Shown in pieces: positions 27,858-38,009 of a stretch of DNA of 64,000 nt. Numbering within the stretch: position 1 is the first letter of the stretch; each line of letters begins with the position of its first letter. The notes beneath the pieces were generated by a model. That model worked only from the letters and a program-made list of their open reading frames with translations. It had not been told where the DNA came from and ran no database searches. This DNA comes from Hyphomicrobiales bacterium (GTDB taxonomy: Bacteria > Pseudomonadota > Alphaproteobacteria > Rhizobiales > JACESI01). A program made the translations under genes and the position numbers. The stretch is taken from NCBI GenBank assembly GCA_013911885.1, contig JACESI010000001.1, positions 242,966 through 306,965 on the forward strand. The letters run 5' to 3'.

Positions 27858-28520
27858 ATGGACAGCGCCATGAAACACAAAACCCTTCGCCAGGAGCTGA
27901 TCGACGCCTGCCTCGCGATGAATGCCTCCGGTATCAATCAGGGCACATCGGGAAACATGTCGACCCGCCTCGATCAATCGCGTTTTCTGATCACGCCATC
28001 GGGGATTGCCTATGATGCGATGACGCCGGACCAGATTGTCGATATGCATGTCGACGGATCGCATGACGGTGATTGGAAGCCATCGAGCGAATGGCGCATG
28101 CATGCCGATATTTATTCAGCCAGGGCCGAGGCGGGTGCGGTGCTGCATTGCCACGCGCTCAACGCGACCGCGATTTCATGCCTGCGCCGCGATGTTCCGG
28201 CGTTTCATTACATGATCGGCGTGACCGGTGCGAAGCGCATCAGATGTTCCGATTATGCGCTCTTCGGCAGCAAGGAACTTTCAACCGCGATGATGGAAGC
28301 TTTTGGCGAGGCGAATACCTGTCTTCTCGCCAATCACGGCATGACCTGTTTTGCGAGGGATCTGCCCTCGGTTTTGAAACTGGGCGTCGAGGTCGAAAAT
28401 CTTTGCCATCAATATATCCGCGCCTGCTCCCTCGGTGAGCCGGTGATCCTCTCCGACGCGGAGATGGATGCGGCGCTTGCCGCCTTTTCAACCTATGGCA
28501 AACAGCCGGAGCGGGAATGA
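27858..28520 (+). CDS. Class II aldolase/adducin-family protein (FucA-like); candidate 5-(methylthio)ribulose-1-P / 5-deoxyribulose-1-P aldolase, or an MtnB-type dehydratase
   Basis: 220 aa with NQGTSGNMSTR, ITPSG, metal-ligand region VLHCHA and LANHG. It is convergent with mtnA, and their stops are 8 nt apart. Confidence 0.75.
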   Translation: MDSAMKHKTLRQELIDACLAMNASGINQGTSGNMSTRLDQSRFLITPSGIAYDAMTPDQIVDMHVDGSHDGDWKPSSEWRMHADIYSARAEAGAVLHCHALNATAISCLRRDVPAFHYMIGVTGAKRIRCSDYALFGSKELSTAMMEAFGEANTCLLANHGMTCFARDLPSVLKLGVEVENLCHQYIRACSLGEPVILSDAEMDAALAAFSTYGKQPERE

Positions 28521-28528
28521 ACCGCGCA

Positions 28529-29614
28529 TCACGCTGCTTTGAGATCCGGGAAAAGTGCGGCAAGACCCGCCGCGGACGCATCGCACAGGCCGCGCTCGGT
28601 AATGAGGCTGGTGACATATTTTGCAGGCGTCACGTCAAAGGCATAATTTCCGCAAGGCGTCGTCTCAGGCGCGATGCGTACTTTCTCGATCCGGCCGTTG
28701 AGGAGGCCCTGAACGAAGGCGACCTCATCGCCGGAGCGCTCCTCGATCGGAATTTCCTGAATGCCGTCGGAAACGTCCCAGTCAATCGTGGGTGAGGGCA
28801 GGGCGACATAGAACGGCACGGAATTGTCATGGGCGGCGAGCGCCTTCAGATAGGTGCCGATCTTGTTGCAGACATCACCCCGCGCCGTCACCCGGTCCGT
28901 GCCGACAAGACAGAGATCGATCAGGTCGTGCTGCATCAGGTGCCCGCCTGCATTGTCGACGATCAACGTATGTGGCACGCCGTGGCTGCCGAGCTCCCAG
29001 GCGGTCAGATGCGCGCCCTGATTGCGTGGCCGTGTCTCGTCGACATAAACATGAACATCAATGCCAAGGTCGTGCGCATGATAGATCGGCGATGTTGCCG
29101 TGCCCCAGTCGACGGTCGCAATCCAGCCCGCGTTGCAGTGTGTAAGCACGTTGACGCGGCCTGATTTTTTCTCGGCAATCGCCTTGATGATGGCAAGCCC
29201 GTGTGTGCCGATCTGCCGGTTGATCTCAACGTCCTCATCACAGATTGCCGCTGCAAGCTCGAAAGCAGCTGACGCGCGCGCCCTCGCCTCAAGCGGGGTG
29301 AGATGTGCCACCACGCGGCGGATCGCCCACAAAAGATTGATCGCGGTCGGTCGGGTCGCGCCAAGGATTTTCGCCGCTACAACAAGGTTCGCATCTGACG
29401 CATCATGGCGCATGGCAAGCGCAATGCCATAAGCCGCGGTTGCCCCGATCAGCGGCGCCCCGCGCACCAGCATGTCCGAGATCGCCCGCGCCGCATCCGC
29501 CATTGTCGCGAGTTCAACAATCGCCAGCTCATGTGGCAGGCGGGTCTGATCGATGACCATCACCCGGCCTTGGTCCACCCAGATCGAGCGATAGGGCCTG
29601 CCGGCGATTTTCAT
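28529..29614 (-). CDS. mtnA: S-methyl-5-thioribose-1-phosphate isomerase
   Basis: 361 aa of the eIF-2B alpha/beta/delta family: [48 protein letters not shown] trimmed the start to the ATG at 29614, which overlaps the mtnK stop (ATGA). Confidence 0.92.
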   Translation of the reverse strand: MKIAGRPYRSIWVDQGRVMVIDQTRLPHELAIVELATMADAARAISDMLVRGAPLIGATAAYGIALAMRHDASDANLVVAAKILGATRPTAINLLWAIRRVVAHLTPLEARARASAAFELAAAICDEDVEINRQIGTHGLAIIKAIAEKKSGRVNVLTHCNAGWIATVDWGTATSPIYHAHDLGIDVHVYVDETRPRNQGAHLTAWELGSHGVPHTLIVDNAGGHLMQHDLIDLCLVGTDRVTARGDVCNKIGTYLKALAAHDNSVPFYVALPSPTIDWDVSDGIQEIPIEERSGDEVAFVQGLLNGRIEKVRIAPETTPCGNYAFDVTPAKYVTSLITERGLCDASAAGLAALFPDLKAA

Positions 29615-30882
29615 GACGGCACTCCGATTTCGCGGGCCATGCGCACGACATCGTCGAAACTCGATATCCGCGCCCGGTCGGTGATCAGGATGCGGGCAAG
29701 GGCGAGCGCCTGCGCCTCGCATGCGGCGCGAAGATCAGGGTCCGCAATCGCCTCCATATCCTCGACATGGGCGATACCGAGAATGCGCCGCAGCATTTTC
29801 GCGCCAGTGAAGCCGATGGAATCAACCATCACGTCGCGCAGATAACCACTCAGGGCGCGTTCCGATGCGGCTGTGGCGTCACCATCGAAGAGGCTTTCCG
29901 GATAAAGCGAACCGACCCTGCGCTGGCGCCAGAGCGCCGAGAATTCCGCCTCGAAAACGGCAAAGGTCTGAAGCAGGGTTTGAAGCAGCCACTCGCCATA
30001 GGCGATCCGGTCGTCGGTCGCTGTTGCATGCCCCCTCTGGCTGAAATAGGCGAGAAGAAAGTTCGCCATCAGCGCCCCGATATCAAAGCCCATCGGTCCG
30101 TAAAATGCGAATTCCGGGTCGATCACGCGGGTGTCGTCTTCGGTCACCATGATCGAGCCCGTATGCAGATCGCCGTGCAGAAGGGTCTGGGTCTTCGACA
30201 TGAACAGCGTCTTCAGTTCCTGCGCTGCAATCTTCAGCGTGCTGTCATGCCGGATTTCGGCAGAAAGGGCGTCAAGCTGCGGGCTGGTGTGACGATTGAG
30301 CGGCGCATCGAAATAGGGGTCATCAAAAATCACCTGCTCGGTGAGGGCGCACATCACATGGTTTCCTGAAAACAGGGCGACATTGTTCCTTTTTGTCTCA
30401 CCATCAAGAGCAAGATCGGAATAGGAGAAAAGTGTTTCCGCCATGAAGCGGCCGGCATGCTCGGCAAGATACGGATAGCGCTGGCCTGCAATAAAACCTT
30501 TGCGAAGAATGATATGCGGCGTCAGATGCTCCATGACGATGAGCGCCATGTCATGGTCATAAGCGATGAGCTTGGGCGTGAGGCCGGGCACCGCCACTTC
30601 CTGGCGCATCAGCGCCTCATGCTCGAAATAGGCGCGCGACAAGGGCAGCGGCCAGCTCTCGCCAACCAGGCGGACATAAGGAAGCGCCTGCTTTGCGATC
30701 ACGGATTTCCGGCCCGCCCGGACGATAAAGACGAGATTGAGATTGCCGTCACCGACTTCCTCGGCCTGCCATCGATCCGGTGTGTCGCCAAGCACGGTGC
30801 GCACCGCGGAAATGCTGGCGAGATGACCTGTTATGGTCTCTGTACCGAGTGCCTTGTACTGTTTCGAAGGAGTGTAGGTCAT
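29611..30882 (-). CDS. mtnK: S-methyl-5-thioribose kinase
   Basis: 423 aa with an APH-type kinase fold. Signatures are [13 protein letters not shown] and [14 protein letters not shown] trimmed the start to the ATG at 30882. Confidence 0.9.
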   Translation of the reverse strand: MTYTPSKQYKALGTETITGHLASISAVRTVLGDTPDRWQAEEVGDGNLNLVFIVRAGRKSVIAKQALPYVRLVGESWPLPLSRAYFEHEALMRQEVAVPGLTPKLIAYDHDMALIVMEHLTPHIILRKGFIAGQRYPYLAEHAGRFMAETLFSYSDLALDGETKRNNVALFSGNHVMCALTEQVIFDDPYFDAPLNRHTSPQLDALSAEIRHDSTLKIAAQELKTLFMSKTQTLLHGDLHTGSIMVTEDDTRVIDPEFAFYGPMGFDIGALMANFLLAYFSQRGHATATDDRIAYGEWLLQTLLQTFAVFEAEFSALWRQRRVGSLYPESLFDGDATAASERALSGYLRDVMVDSIGFTGAKMLRRILGIAHVEDMEAIADPDLRAACEAQALALARILITDRARISSFDDVVRMAREIGVPS

Positions 30883-31018
30883 GGCTGATCCGATAGGGCT
30901 GAAGAGGTCCATTAGTAACAGCGAAAATGCCGCCATGCCAAGCTGGAATTACCATTGCCTGTAGGCTAAACAGTTGCTGCGCCCCGCGTTTTTTGCAGCT
31001 TTGCCTGCCCTGCTCAAA

Positions 31019-31048
31019 CCGTGTTCCGACGGTGTTCAGGCCGTGTTC
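31019..31048. repeat. Three direct repeats of C(C/G)GTGTTC with 11-bp phasing
   Basis: CCGTGTTC at 31019..31026, CGGTGTTC at 31030..31037 and CCGTGTTC at 31041..31048. They lie just upstream of a TTGACG hexamer (31064..31069), in the mtnK / cytochrome c divergent region. Confidence 0.7.
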
Positions 31049-31137
31049 ACGCAAAAAGCTTTATTGACGCGGACAGTCGAGCGGCGCACATTAGGCGTGT
31101 CGGGGTAAAGATTGGCAGTTTAGGAGAGACTCTCGTT

Positions 31138-31635
31138 ATGAACGTTCTATTGAAAAAAATCGGTTTTGGCGCCCTGATCGCGACCGCACCGATATTGACA
31201 TTTCTCGGTGCCGCAGAGGCCGGAGACGCCGATGCTGGCGCAAAAGTATTCAAGCGCTGCCTGGCGTGCCATGCCGTCGGCCCGGACGCGAAAAACAAGG
31301 TCGGCCCGGCGCTCAACGGTATCGTCGGTCGCGCGGCTGGAATCAAGGCTGGCTACAGCTACGGCACCGGCATCATCGAAGCGCGCGGCGCAGTCGGTGA
31401 AGACACGAATGGCGATGGACTTCTCGATGTGCCCGAAGGCTTTACCGGCCTGACCTGGACGGAGGAGAATCTCGCAGCCTATATCGAGAACCCGAAGGGA
31501 TTTCTCCAGACCTATACCAACGACAAGGAGGCCAAGGCGAAAATGGTCTTTCAACTGAAAGGTGCTGACGACCGCGCCAATGTGATTGCCTATCTGAAGA
31601 CTTTCGGCCCGGATGGAAACCCCGCCGCGCAATAG
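31138..31635 (+). CDS. Class I c-type cytochrome (c2/c550-like), periplasmic
   Basis: 165 aa with a signal peptide and heme-binding motif CLACH within GDADAGAKVFKRCLACHAVGPDAKNKVGPALNGIVGR. I trimmed the start to the ATG at 31138. Confidence 0.88.
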   Translation: MNVLLKKIGFGALIATAPILTFLGAAEAGDADAGAKVFKRCLACHAVGPDAKNKVGPALNGIVGRAAGIKAGYSYGTGIIEARGAVGEDTNGDGLLDVPEGFTGLTWTEENLAAYIENPKGFLQTYTNDKEAKAKMVFQLKGADDRANVIAYLKTFGPDGNPAAQ

Positions 31636-31705
31636 GCGGACCCTAATCCCATATTACCGATTGTGCCCTGCGTCGAATCAGATTGCGTGAGGTTGCGTGA
31701 AACCA

Positions 31706-31734
31706 AGCCGTGAGAGTTGCTCTCACGGCTTTTT
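31706..31734. terminator. Bidirectional intrinsic terminator between convergent genes
   Basis: A perfect 10-bp stem, AGCCGTGAGA (31706..31715) with TCTCACGGCT (31721..31730), is followed by TTTT on the + strand. An A-rich stretch upstream gives a partial U tract on the - strand. Confidence 0.7.
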
Positions 31735-31754
31735 GCTGAAAAATGATCGGCATT

Positions 31755-32432
31755 CTACTCGAGCACAGGCCGCGCCGAGCCCGAAATCATTTTATGGACA
31801 TGGACCATAAAGGCCGTCGCGAAGAGTGGTGTGAGAAGATTGAGAAACGGGATGGCGAGGAAACCTGCGACGACAAGCCCGGCGAGGAAAACACGGAGCG
31901 CGTTTTCACGGCGAAGCGCGCGCGCTTCTTCGGCCGGTAGAAACCGGGCGGCGGCAAGCTCGAAATATTCGCGTCCGAGCAGATAGCCATTGGCAATGAG
32001 GAAAATCGGAATTCCGAGGCCGAGTACGAAGAACAGCACCAGCGCCACGATATTGACGCCGATCACAACGACCAGAAATTTGGCCGTCATGCCAAGCGAC
32101 CGGATGATCGGCATGGATTTTCCTGCCGGGTCTTGCGGATAGAAGCGGTGTTCTACCTGTTCAGCAATCTCATCGAGGAAAATGCCCGCGAAAATCGACG
32201 TGACGGGCGCAATGAAAAAGCCGAGGGCAATGAGCATGCCGACCCCGGACAAAAGGCCGATGAGCGTCTCGAGCCAAGGATAGGGCACGGTCACAAAACT
32301 CACAAGAAGCGCCTGGACTCCTGCCCACAAAAGCGCGAGAAGCGCCAGCGTCAGGCCCAGCGACTTCCAGAATACCCCGCGGAAAGGCTTTGAAAAGACT
32401 TGATTAAACGCGAGGCTCGCGGCGTGCAACAT
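31755..32432 (-). CDS. EI24/CysZ-like (DUF540) inner-membrane protein
   Basis: 225 aa with 4-5 TM segments. The start MLHAASLAFNQVFSKPFRGVFWKSLGL and the FLDEIAEQVE block are typical of the EI24 family. I trimmed the start to the ATG at 32432. Confidence 0.7.
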   Translation of the reverse strand: MLHAASLAFNQVFSKPFRGVFWKSLGLTLALLALLWAGVQALLVSFVTVPYPWLETLIGLLSGVGMLIALGFFIAPVTSIFAGIFLDEIAEQVEHRFYPQDPAGKSMPIIRSLGMTAKFLVVVIGVNIVALVLFFVLGLGIPIFLIANGYLLGREYFELAAARFLPAEEARALRRENALRVFLAGLVVAGFLAIPFLNLLTPLFATAFMVHVHKMISGSARPVLE

Positions 32433-32548
32433 GGGAAGAATTTCCTTCGAAATTACGTTTATGTTTCCAAGTAAGATCTGCTTGGGGATTGTGCAAGCAT
32501 GGCCACTCAGATAGGTTTTACGACAATGGGCAGGGGAGCGGCACTCGA

Positions 32549-33550
32549 ATGGCACAGAAGAAATATGACGTGCTTGGCATCGGCAATGCGATCATGGACG
32601 TGCTCGCAAAGGTCGACGACGATTTCATCGGCAAGCACAATCTGAAGAAAGGGGGCATGGCGCTGATTGATGCCGGGCGAGCGCTTTACCTGACGGGTCA
32701 GATGCGCGCGCCGCAATTGCGCTCGGGCGGTTCCGCCGGCAACACGATTGCCGGTCTTGCCGGTCTCGGGGCGTCTGCTGCTTTCATCGGAAAAGTGGCG
32801 GATGACGAAATCGGGGAGAAATATCGCAGCGACATGACAAGCCTCGGGGTCTATTTCCCGACCGAGGCCATCGCCGAACATGAGCCGACCGCGCGTTCGA
32901 TCATCGTCGTCACGCCGGATGGCGAGCGCACGATGAACACCTATCTTGGCGCGTGCACAGAAATCGGCCCGGAAGATATGGACGACGCGGCGATCCGTGC
33001 TTCCAGGATCATCTATTTCGAAGGCTATCTCTGGGACCCGCCCCGCGCGAAGGATGCCCTGCGTCATGCCGCCCGCATCGCCCACGAAGCGGGAAACAAG
33101 GTGGCGCTCACCCTGTCCGACGCGTTCTGCGTCGAGCGCTACCGGTCCGAGTTTCGCGAACTGATCCAGAGCCGCACCGTCGACATCGTCCTCGCCAACG
33201 AGGCGGAGCTTCTCGCTCTCTTCCAGTCGAACAATTTCGACATCGCGCTCAGAATGCTGAGTGCTGAATGCGCGCGTGCGGCTGTGACCCGAAGCGAGAA
33301 GGGGGCTGTTCTCCTGCATCAGGGCCAGCAAAGCGTCTGCAAGCCGTTCCCGGCCTATAATGTGGTTGATACGACGGGCGCCGGAGACATGTTCGCAGCC
33401 GGCTATCTCTATGGTCTCACCCATGACATGCGCCATGAGGATTGCGGACGTCTCGGCTGTCTGCTTGCCTCGCAGGTCATTCAGGTTCTCGGGCCGCGGC
33501 TCGATTCCGACCTGAAGAAGATCGCGCTGAAGGCTGGTTTCACGCTTTAG
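32549..33550 (+). CDS. PfkB-family kinase, adenosine kinase-like
   Basis: 333 aa starting YDVLGIGNAIMDVL, with GGSAGNT and the C-terminal anion-hole motif DTTGAGDMFAAGYLYG. Confidence 0.8.
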   Translation: MAQKKYDVLGIGNAIMDVLAKVDDDFIGKHNLKKGGMALIDAGRALYLTGQMRAPQLRSGGSAGNTIAGLAGLGASAAFIGKVADDEIGEKYRSDMTSLGVYFPTEAIAEHEPTARSIIVVTPDGERTMNTYLGACTEIGPEDMDDAAIRASRIIYFEGYLWDPPRAKDALRHAARIAHEAGNKVALTLSDAFCVERYRSEFRELIQSRTVDIVLANEAELLALFQSNNFDIALRMLSAECARAAVTRSEKGAVLLHQGQQSVCKPFPAYNVVDTTGAGDMFAAGYLYGLTHDMRHEDCGRLGCLLASQVIQVLGPRLDSDLKKIALKAGFTL

Positions 33551-33585
33551 ACGTCCGTTTGTGCCAGCTTTGCTTCATAAGGCTG

Positions 33586-34656
33586 CTAACGAATCATGCG
33601 GCTTACCAATTGCGCGGTATAGTCGACCATCGGGATGATACGGGCATAATTGAGCCGCGTTGGCCCGATAATCCCGAGAACCCCCACCACATGTTCGTTT
33701 TCATCGCGGTAGGGTGAGACGATAAGCGATGAGCCGGAGAGCGAGAACAGGGCATTCTCCGATCCGATGAAAATCCGCACGCCGTCGCCCTCATCGGCAA
33801 GGGTCAAAAGCTGGATCAGATCCTTTTTCGCTTCGATATCATCAAAAAGCTGGCGAATGCGACCGAGGTCCTGATCGATCGAGACATGATCAAGGAGATT
33901 GGCCTGCCCGCGAACGATCATTGTCGGCGGGCTTCCGGCACCCGCTTCGACCCAGGTTGCAACGCCCGTCTCCACGACCTTCTGTGTCAGGGAATCGAGT
34001 TCCCTTTTTGCATCCTGATATAGTTCTTCAACCGAGGCTTTCGCATCGCGCAGGGTGTTCCCGCGTATGCGGGAATTGAGATAATTCGTCGCCTCCGTCA
34101 GCGCAGAATGGGTGGTGCCGGGCGGCAGTTTGACCACGCGGTTTTCGACCTGCCCATCTTCGTTGACGAGAATCACAAGGGCGCGTGCTTCGTCGAGGCG
34201 GACAAACTCGATATGTTTCAGCGCCGCATTGTGCTTGCGCGCGAGGACGAGCCCGGCGCTTCCAGTGAGGCCGGAAAGGGCAGCACTCGCATCCGCGAGC
34301 ACGCTCTCAATGCCTCCCTTCTCACCGCGCTGGGTGATGTTGCGCTCGATATTCTTGCGCTCTTCAGTATCGAGGGCGCCGACCTGCATGATCGAGTCGA
34401 TGAAAAACCGCAGGCCTTCCTGTGTTGGCATGCGTCCTGCGCTGGTATGCGGCGCATAGATCAGGCCAAGATGCTCAAGGTCGGCCATGATATTGCGCAC
34501 CGAGGCCGGCGACAGGCTGTTCGGCAGGGCGCGGGATATGTTGCGCGAGCCGACCGGGTCGCCAGAGGCGAGATAGCTGTCGACGATATGGCGAAATATT
34601 TCCCGGGACCGCTCGTCGACCTCGCGCAAAAGCTGATCATTTGAAAGTTTCAACAC
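33586..34656 (-). CDS. hrcA: Heat-inducible transcription repressor HrcA
   Basis: 356 aa with [25 protein letters not shown] (winged helix) and the C-terminal [22 protein letters not shown] block. It is divergent from rph, as in many Rhizobiales. Confidence 0.95.
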   Translation of the reverse strand: MLKLSNDQLLREVDERSREIFRHIVDSYLASGDPVGSRNISRALPNSLSPASVRNIMADLEHLGLIYAPHTSAGRMPTQEGLRFFIDSIMQVGALDTEERKNIERNITQRGEKGGIESVLADASAALSGLTGSAGLVLARKHNAALKHIEFVRLDEARALVILVNEDGQVENRVVKLPPGTTHSALTEATNYLNSRIRGNTLRDAKASVEELYQDAKRELDSLTQKVVETGVATWVEAGAGSPPTMIVRGQANLLDHVSIDQDLGRIRQLFDDIEAKKDLIQLLTLADEGDGVRIFIGSENALFSLSGSSLIVSPYRDENEHVVGVLGIIGPTRLNYARIIPMVDYTAQLVSRMIR

Positions 34657-34860
34657 TGTCTCCGGGGCGCGCTATGGTTGCGATAGGATTACAGAAGTTC
34701 ATATCATTATCCCGTCGGGATTGCTCAAGTCTCTTTATTTCTGGCGGCCCGCCGCCGGTAATGGCCTAAATTTATCGCAAGTCGCCAGTATGAGTGGTTT
34801 ACGCAAGCCCTATCCATCGCTAAGACGTCGCAACGCCCTGAAACCCGGAAGGACCAATCC

Positions 34861-35574
34861 ATGCGCCCCTCTTCCCGTGCCTTTGACGAGATGCGCGCCG
34901 TATCCATCGAACGCCATGTGTCGAAACATGCCGAAGGATCCTGCCTCGTCAAATTTGGCGATACGCATGTGCTTTGTACCGCAAGCCTTGAAGAACGCGT
35001 GCCGCCCTGGTTGCGCGGCGGCGGGCAGGGATGGGTGACGGCGGAATACGGCATGCTGCCGCGCTCGACCTCCGAGCGGATGCGCCGTGAAGTGACGGCG
35101 GGAAAGGCATCGGGCCGGACACAGGAAATTCAGCGCCTGATCGGTCGCTCGCTGCGCGCGGTCGTCGATCTCAAGGCCCTTGGTGAAAAGCAGATTTCCA
35201 TCGATTGCGACGTAATTCAGGCCGATGGCGGAACCCGCACCGCCGCGATCACCGGTGCCTGGGTCGCTCTTAATGATTGTATCGAATGGATGCGCGATCG
35301 CTCGCTTCTGAAAGGCACGATCCTGAAGGATCATGTCGCGGCGGTCTCCTGCGGCATTTATAACGGGGTTCCCGTGCTCGATCTCGATTATGCCGAGGAT
35401 AGCAACGCAGCCACAGACGCGAATTTTGTCCTGAGTGGCCGTGGCGGCATCATCGAAATCCAGGGAACGGCGGAAAAGGACCCCTTTTCCGAAGAGGATT
35501 TCGGCCAGCTGATGCTGCTTGCGAAAAAAGGCATTCAGGAATTGGTCGCCCTGCAAAAACAGGCTGCGCAATAA
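34861..35574 (+). CDS. rph: Ribonuclease PH
   Basis: 237 aa starting [42 protein letters not shown], with the block [14 protein letters not shown]. Confidence 0.97.
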   Translation: MRPSSRAFDEMRAVSIERHVSKHAEGSCLVKFGDTHVLCTASLEERVPPWLRGGGQGWVTAEYGMLPRSTSERMRREVTAGKASGRTQEIQRLIGRSLRAVVDLKALGEKQISIDCDVIQADGGTRTAAITGAWVALNDCIEWMRDRSLLKGTILKDHVAAVSCGIYNGVPVLDLDYAEDSNAATDANFVLSGRGGIIEIQGTAEKDPFSEEDFGQLMLLAKKGIQELVALQKQAAQ

Positions 35575-36224
35575 TGGCAAGACAGCTTTCCGGCGGAACG
35601 CTTGTCGTTGCAAGCCACAACAAGGGCAAGATCCGTGAAATCAACGAACTGATCGCGCCCTTTGGCCTGAGCGCACAATCGGCGGCGGAACTCAGCCTTG
35701 AGGAGCCGGAAGAAACCGGAACGACCTTTGAGGCAAACGCTCTCCTGAAGGCGAAGGCGGCGGCAGAGGCAACCGGTTATCCTGCACTTGCCGATGATTC
35801 CGGCTTTGCTGTGGCCGCGCTTGATGGCGATCCGGGTATTTATTCGGCGCGCTGGGGCGGACCTGATCGCGATTTTGCCCGCGCCATGCGCACAGTGAAA
35901 GAGCGTCTTGAAGCGGTCGGAAGCGCCGACACGCGGGCGCATTTCGTTGCGTGCCTCTGTGTTGCCTGGCCGGACGGTCATCATGAGATGTTCCGTGGCG
36001 AGGTTCACGGCAACCTGGTCTGGCCACCACGTGGCGATCAGGGGTTCGGCTATGATCCGATGTTCCTGCCCGAGGGCCATAGCAAGACCTTCGGCGAGAT
36101 GAGCGCCGAGGAAAAACATGGCTGGAAACCGTCGGATCTTGGTGGTGGCAAGGAGCCGCTTTCCCATCGCGCCCGCGCGTTCAAGTTGTTTGCTGAAGCG
36201 TGCCTTCCCGTTCAAAACCGGTAG
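35574..36224 (+). CDS. rdgB: dITP/XTP pyrophosphatase (non-canonical purine NTPase)
   Basis: 216 aa with [13 protein letters not shown] and [12 protein letters not shown] blocks. It overlaps the rph stop (TAATG). Confidence 0.93.
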   Translation: MARQLSGGTLVVASHNKGKIREINELIAPFGLSAQSAAELSLEEPEETGTTFEANALLKAKAAAEATGYPALADDSGFAVAALDGDPGIYSARWGGPDRDFARAMRTVKERLEAVGSADTRAHFVACLCVAWPDGHHEMFRGEVHGNLVWPPRGDQGFGYDPMFLPEGHSKTFGEMSAEEKHGWKPSDLGGGKEPLSHRARAFKLFAEACLPVQNR

Positions 36225-36229
36225 TTGCC

Positions 36230-37384
36230 ATGAAGCGCCCCGAGCCGGGTTTCGGCATTTATCTTCACTGGCCGTTCTGCGAATCGAAATGTCCCTATTG
36301 CGATTTCAACTCCCATGTTCGCCATGGCGGGGTTGCGCAGGCGGATTATGTCGAAGCCTATCGTCGGGAAATCGACTATTTTGCCGGTCTGACGCAAGGT
36401 CAGACGGTGACCAGCATCTTTTTCGGCGGCGGCACACCGTCGCTGATGGCGCCGGAAACGCTTGATGCTCTGATCCGCGCGGTCCGCGACACCTGGGAAA
36501 TGGCGCCGGGCGCTGAGATCACCATGGAGGCGAACCCGTCCTCGGTCGAGGCGGAAAGGTTCGAGGCTTACCGCGCCTCCGGCGTCAACCGCCTTTCACT
36601 CGGCGTTCAGAGCCTGCATGATGCGGATCTGCGCTTTCTCGGGCGGCTTCACAATGTCGAGCAGGCCCTGAGCGCGGTTGAAATCGCGCGCGCGACCTTT
36701 CCTCGCATTTCCTTTGATCTGATCTATGCCCGGCCCGGCCAGACCGAGAATGACTGGGAAGACGAACTCAACCTCGCGATTGACCATGCGGCGGATCATC
36801 TGTCGCTCTATCAACTCACCATCGAGCCGGAAACGCCGTTTCAAAAGCTCTTCGATGCAGGCAAACTGATCCCGCCTGATCCTGACCATGCGCGCCGCCT
36901 CTACGACATCACGCAGCATGTCTGCGAGGCGCGCGGACTGCCCGCCTATGAAATCTCGAACCATGCGCGGCCCGGCAGCGAAAGCCGGCACAATCTGACC
37001 TACTGGCGCTATGGCGACTATGCGGGTATCGGACCGGGTGCCCATTCGCGTTTGACGCTTGAAGGCGAACGCACGGCGATGGCGGTGGAGCCCTTCCCGG
37101 AGACCTGGCTTCGGGAAGTCTCCGAGAAAGGCCATGGTATCTGGCAGGTCGAAGTTCTGAGCGAGGAACAGTCGGGCGACGAAATGCTCCTGATGGGCCT
37201 TCGCCTCAAGGAAGGCATCAGCATCAGCCGCTATGAGGCATTGTCAGGCCGGAAACTCGACGAGCGCCAGATCGAAAGCCTGATCCGCGACGGTATGCTC
37301 GAGAAACTTTCCGACGATGTGCTGCGGGTAAGCCGCGAAGGCTGGTTCGTTCTTGACGCTGTGGTGGCGGATCTCGCGGCTTAG
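36230..37384 (+). CDS. hemW: Radical SAM heme chaperone HemW (HemN-like, oxygen-independent coproporphyrinogen oxidase family)
   Basis: 384 aa with the radical-SAM cluster CESKCPYCDF in the first 30 residues and the HemN C-terminal domain. I trimmed the start to the ATG at 36230. Confidence 0.9.
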   Translation: MKRPEPGFGIYLHWPFCESKCPYCDFNSHVRHGGVAQADYVEAYRREIDYFAGLTQGQTVTSIFFGGGTPSLMAPETLDALIRAVRDTWEMAPGAEITMEANPSSVEAERFEAYRASGVNRLSLGVQSLHDADLRFLGRLHNVEQALSAVEIARATFPRISFDLIYARPGQTENDWEDELNLAIDHAADHLSLYQLTIEPETPFQKLFDAGKLIPPDPDHARRLYDITQHVCEARGLPAYEISNHARPGSESRHNLTYWRYGDYAGIGPGAHSRLTLEGERTAMAVEPFPETWLREVSEKGHGIWQVEVLSEEQSGDEMLLMGLRLKEGISISRYEALSGRKLDERQIESLIRDGMLEKLSDDVLRVSREGWFVLDAVVADLAA

Positions 37385-37478
37385 CGGATATGTTCTGGGG
37401 ACATCGCGCGGCCTTGACAATGCCGTTTCTGTCGTCATGGTGAGGCACATCGTCTTTTGTCCCGTGCATCCGATATTC

Positions 37479-38000
37479 ATGAATCACGACGATTATCCCG
37501 ATAGCTATATCAGCAGCATTCTGCGGGATGTGGCTTCAATCGCGGTTGTCGGCGCGAGCGCCAACACGAGCAGGCCTTCATACTTTGTTCTCAAATATCT
37601 GACTTCAAAGGGCTTTCGGGTAATCCCAATTAATCCGGGACAGGCCGGGAAAGAGATTTGCGGTGCCAGGGTCCATGCCACGCTGCGGGATATCGGTCAG
37701 CCTGTGGACATGATCGATATCTTTCGCAGTTCCGAGGCGGCGGCAAGCGTGGTCGACGAGGCTCTGGCGCTCCCGGTTCTGCCGAAAGTGATCTGGATGC
37801 AATTGACCGTTTTCAACCGGGAAGCAGCAAAACGTGCGGAGGCGGCGGGCATCCAGGTCGTCATGAACCGATGCCCCAAGATCGAATATGCGCGCCTTGC
37901 GCGGGAAATCGGCTGGGTCGGGGTCAGTTCCGGCATCATTTCGTCGAAGAAACCCAAATTGCAAAAGGGCTATCAGCGTTTCGGCATTGTCGGACGCTAG
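37479..38000 (+). CDS. CoA-binding domain protein (YccU/YneT-like)
   Basis: 173 aa with IAVVGASANTSRPSYFVLKYL, VIPINP and DIFR blocks. I trimmed the start to the ATG at 37479. It ends 9 nt before metY. Confidence 0.8.
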   Translation: MNHDDYPDSYISSILRDVASIAVVGASANTSRPSYFVLKYLTSKGFRVIPINPGQAGKEICGARVHATLRDIGQPVDMIDIFRSSEAAASVVDEALALPVLPKVIWMQLTVFNREAAKRAEAAGIQVVMNRCPKIEYARLAREIGWVGVSSGIISSKKPKLQKGYQRFGIVGR

Positions 38001-38009
38001 CAGAAACAC

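Noticed and set aside
34657-34860. I looked for a CIRCE operator (TTAGCACTC-N9-GAGTGCTAA) in the hrcA/rph divergent region.
   Set aside because: No CIRCE-like inverted repeat is present. Only a weak sigma32-like CTTG-N17-GATATGA arrangement is present on the minus strand (about 34700..34729), which is too degenerate to call. grpE is also not adjacent to hrcA in this window.
37385-38009. I looked for a SAM-II or other SAM riboswitch upstream of the CoA-binding-protein/metY unit. I also looked upstream of metK (3607..3769) and of mtnK (minus strand, 30883..31010).
   Set aside because: I could not find the conserved SAM-II pseudoknot core (GGCUU ... AAAGCU in the correct order) or any other SAM-class signature by eye. 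The AAAGCTG seen on the minus strand near 31000 is in the wrong position relative to its potential pairing partner. A covariance-model scan would be needed to decide.
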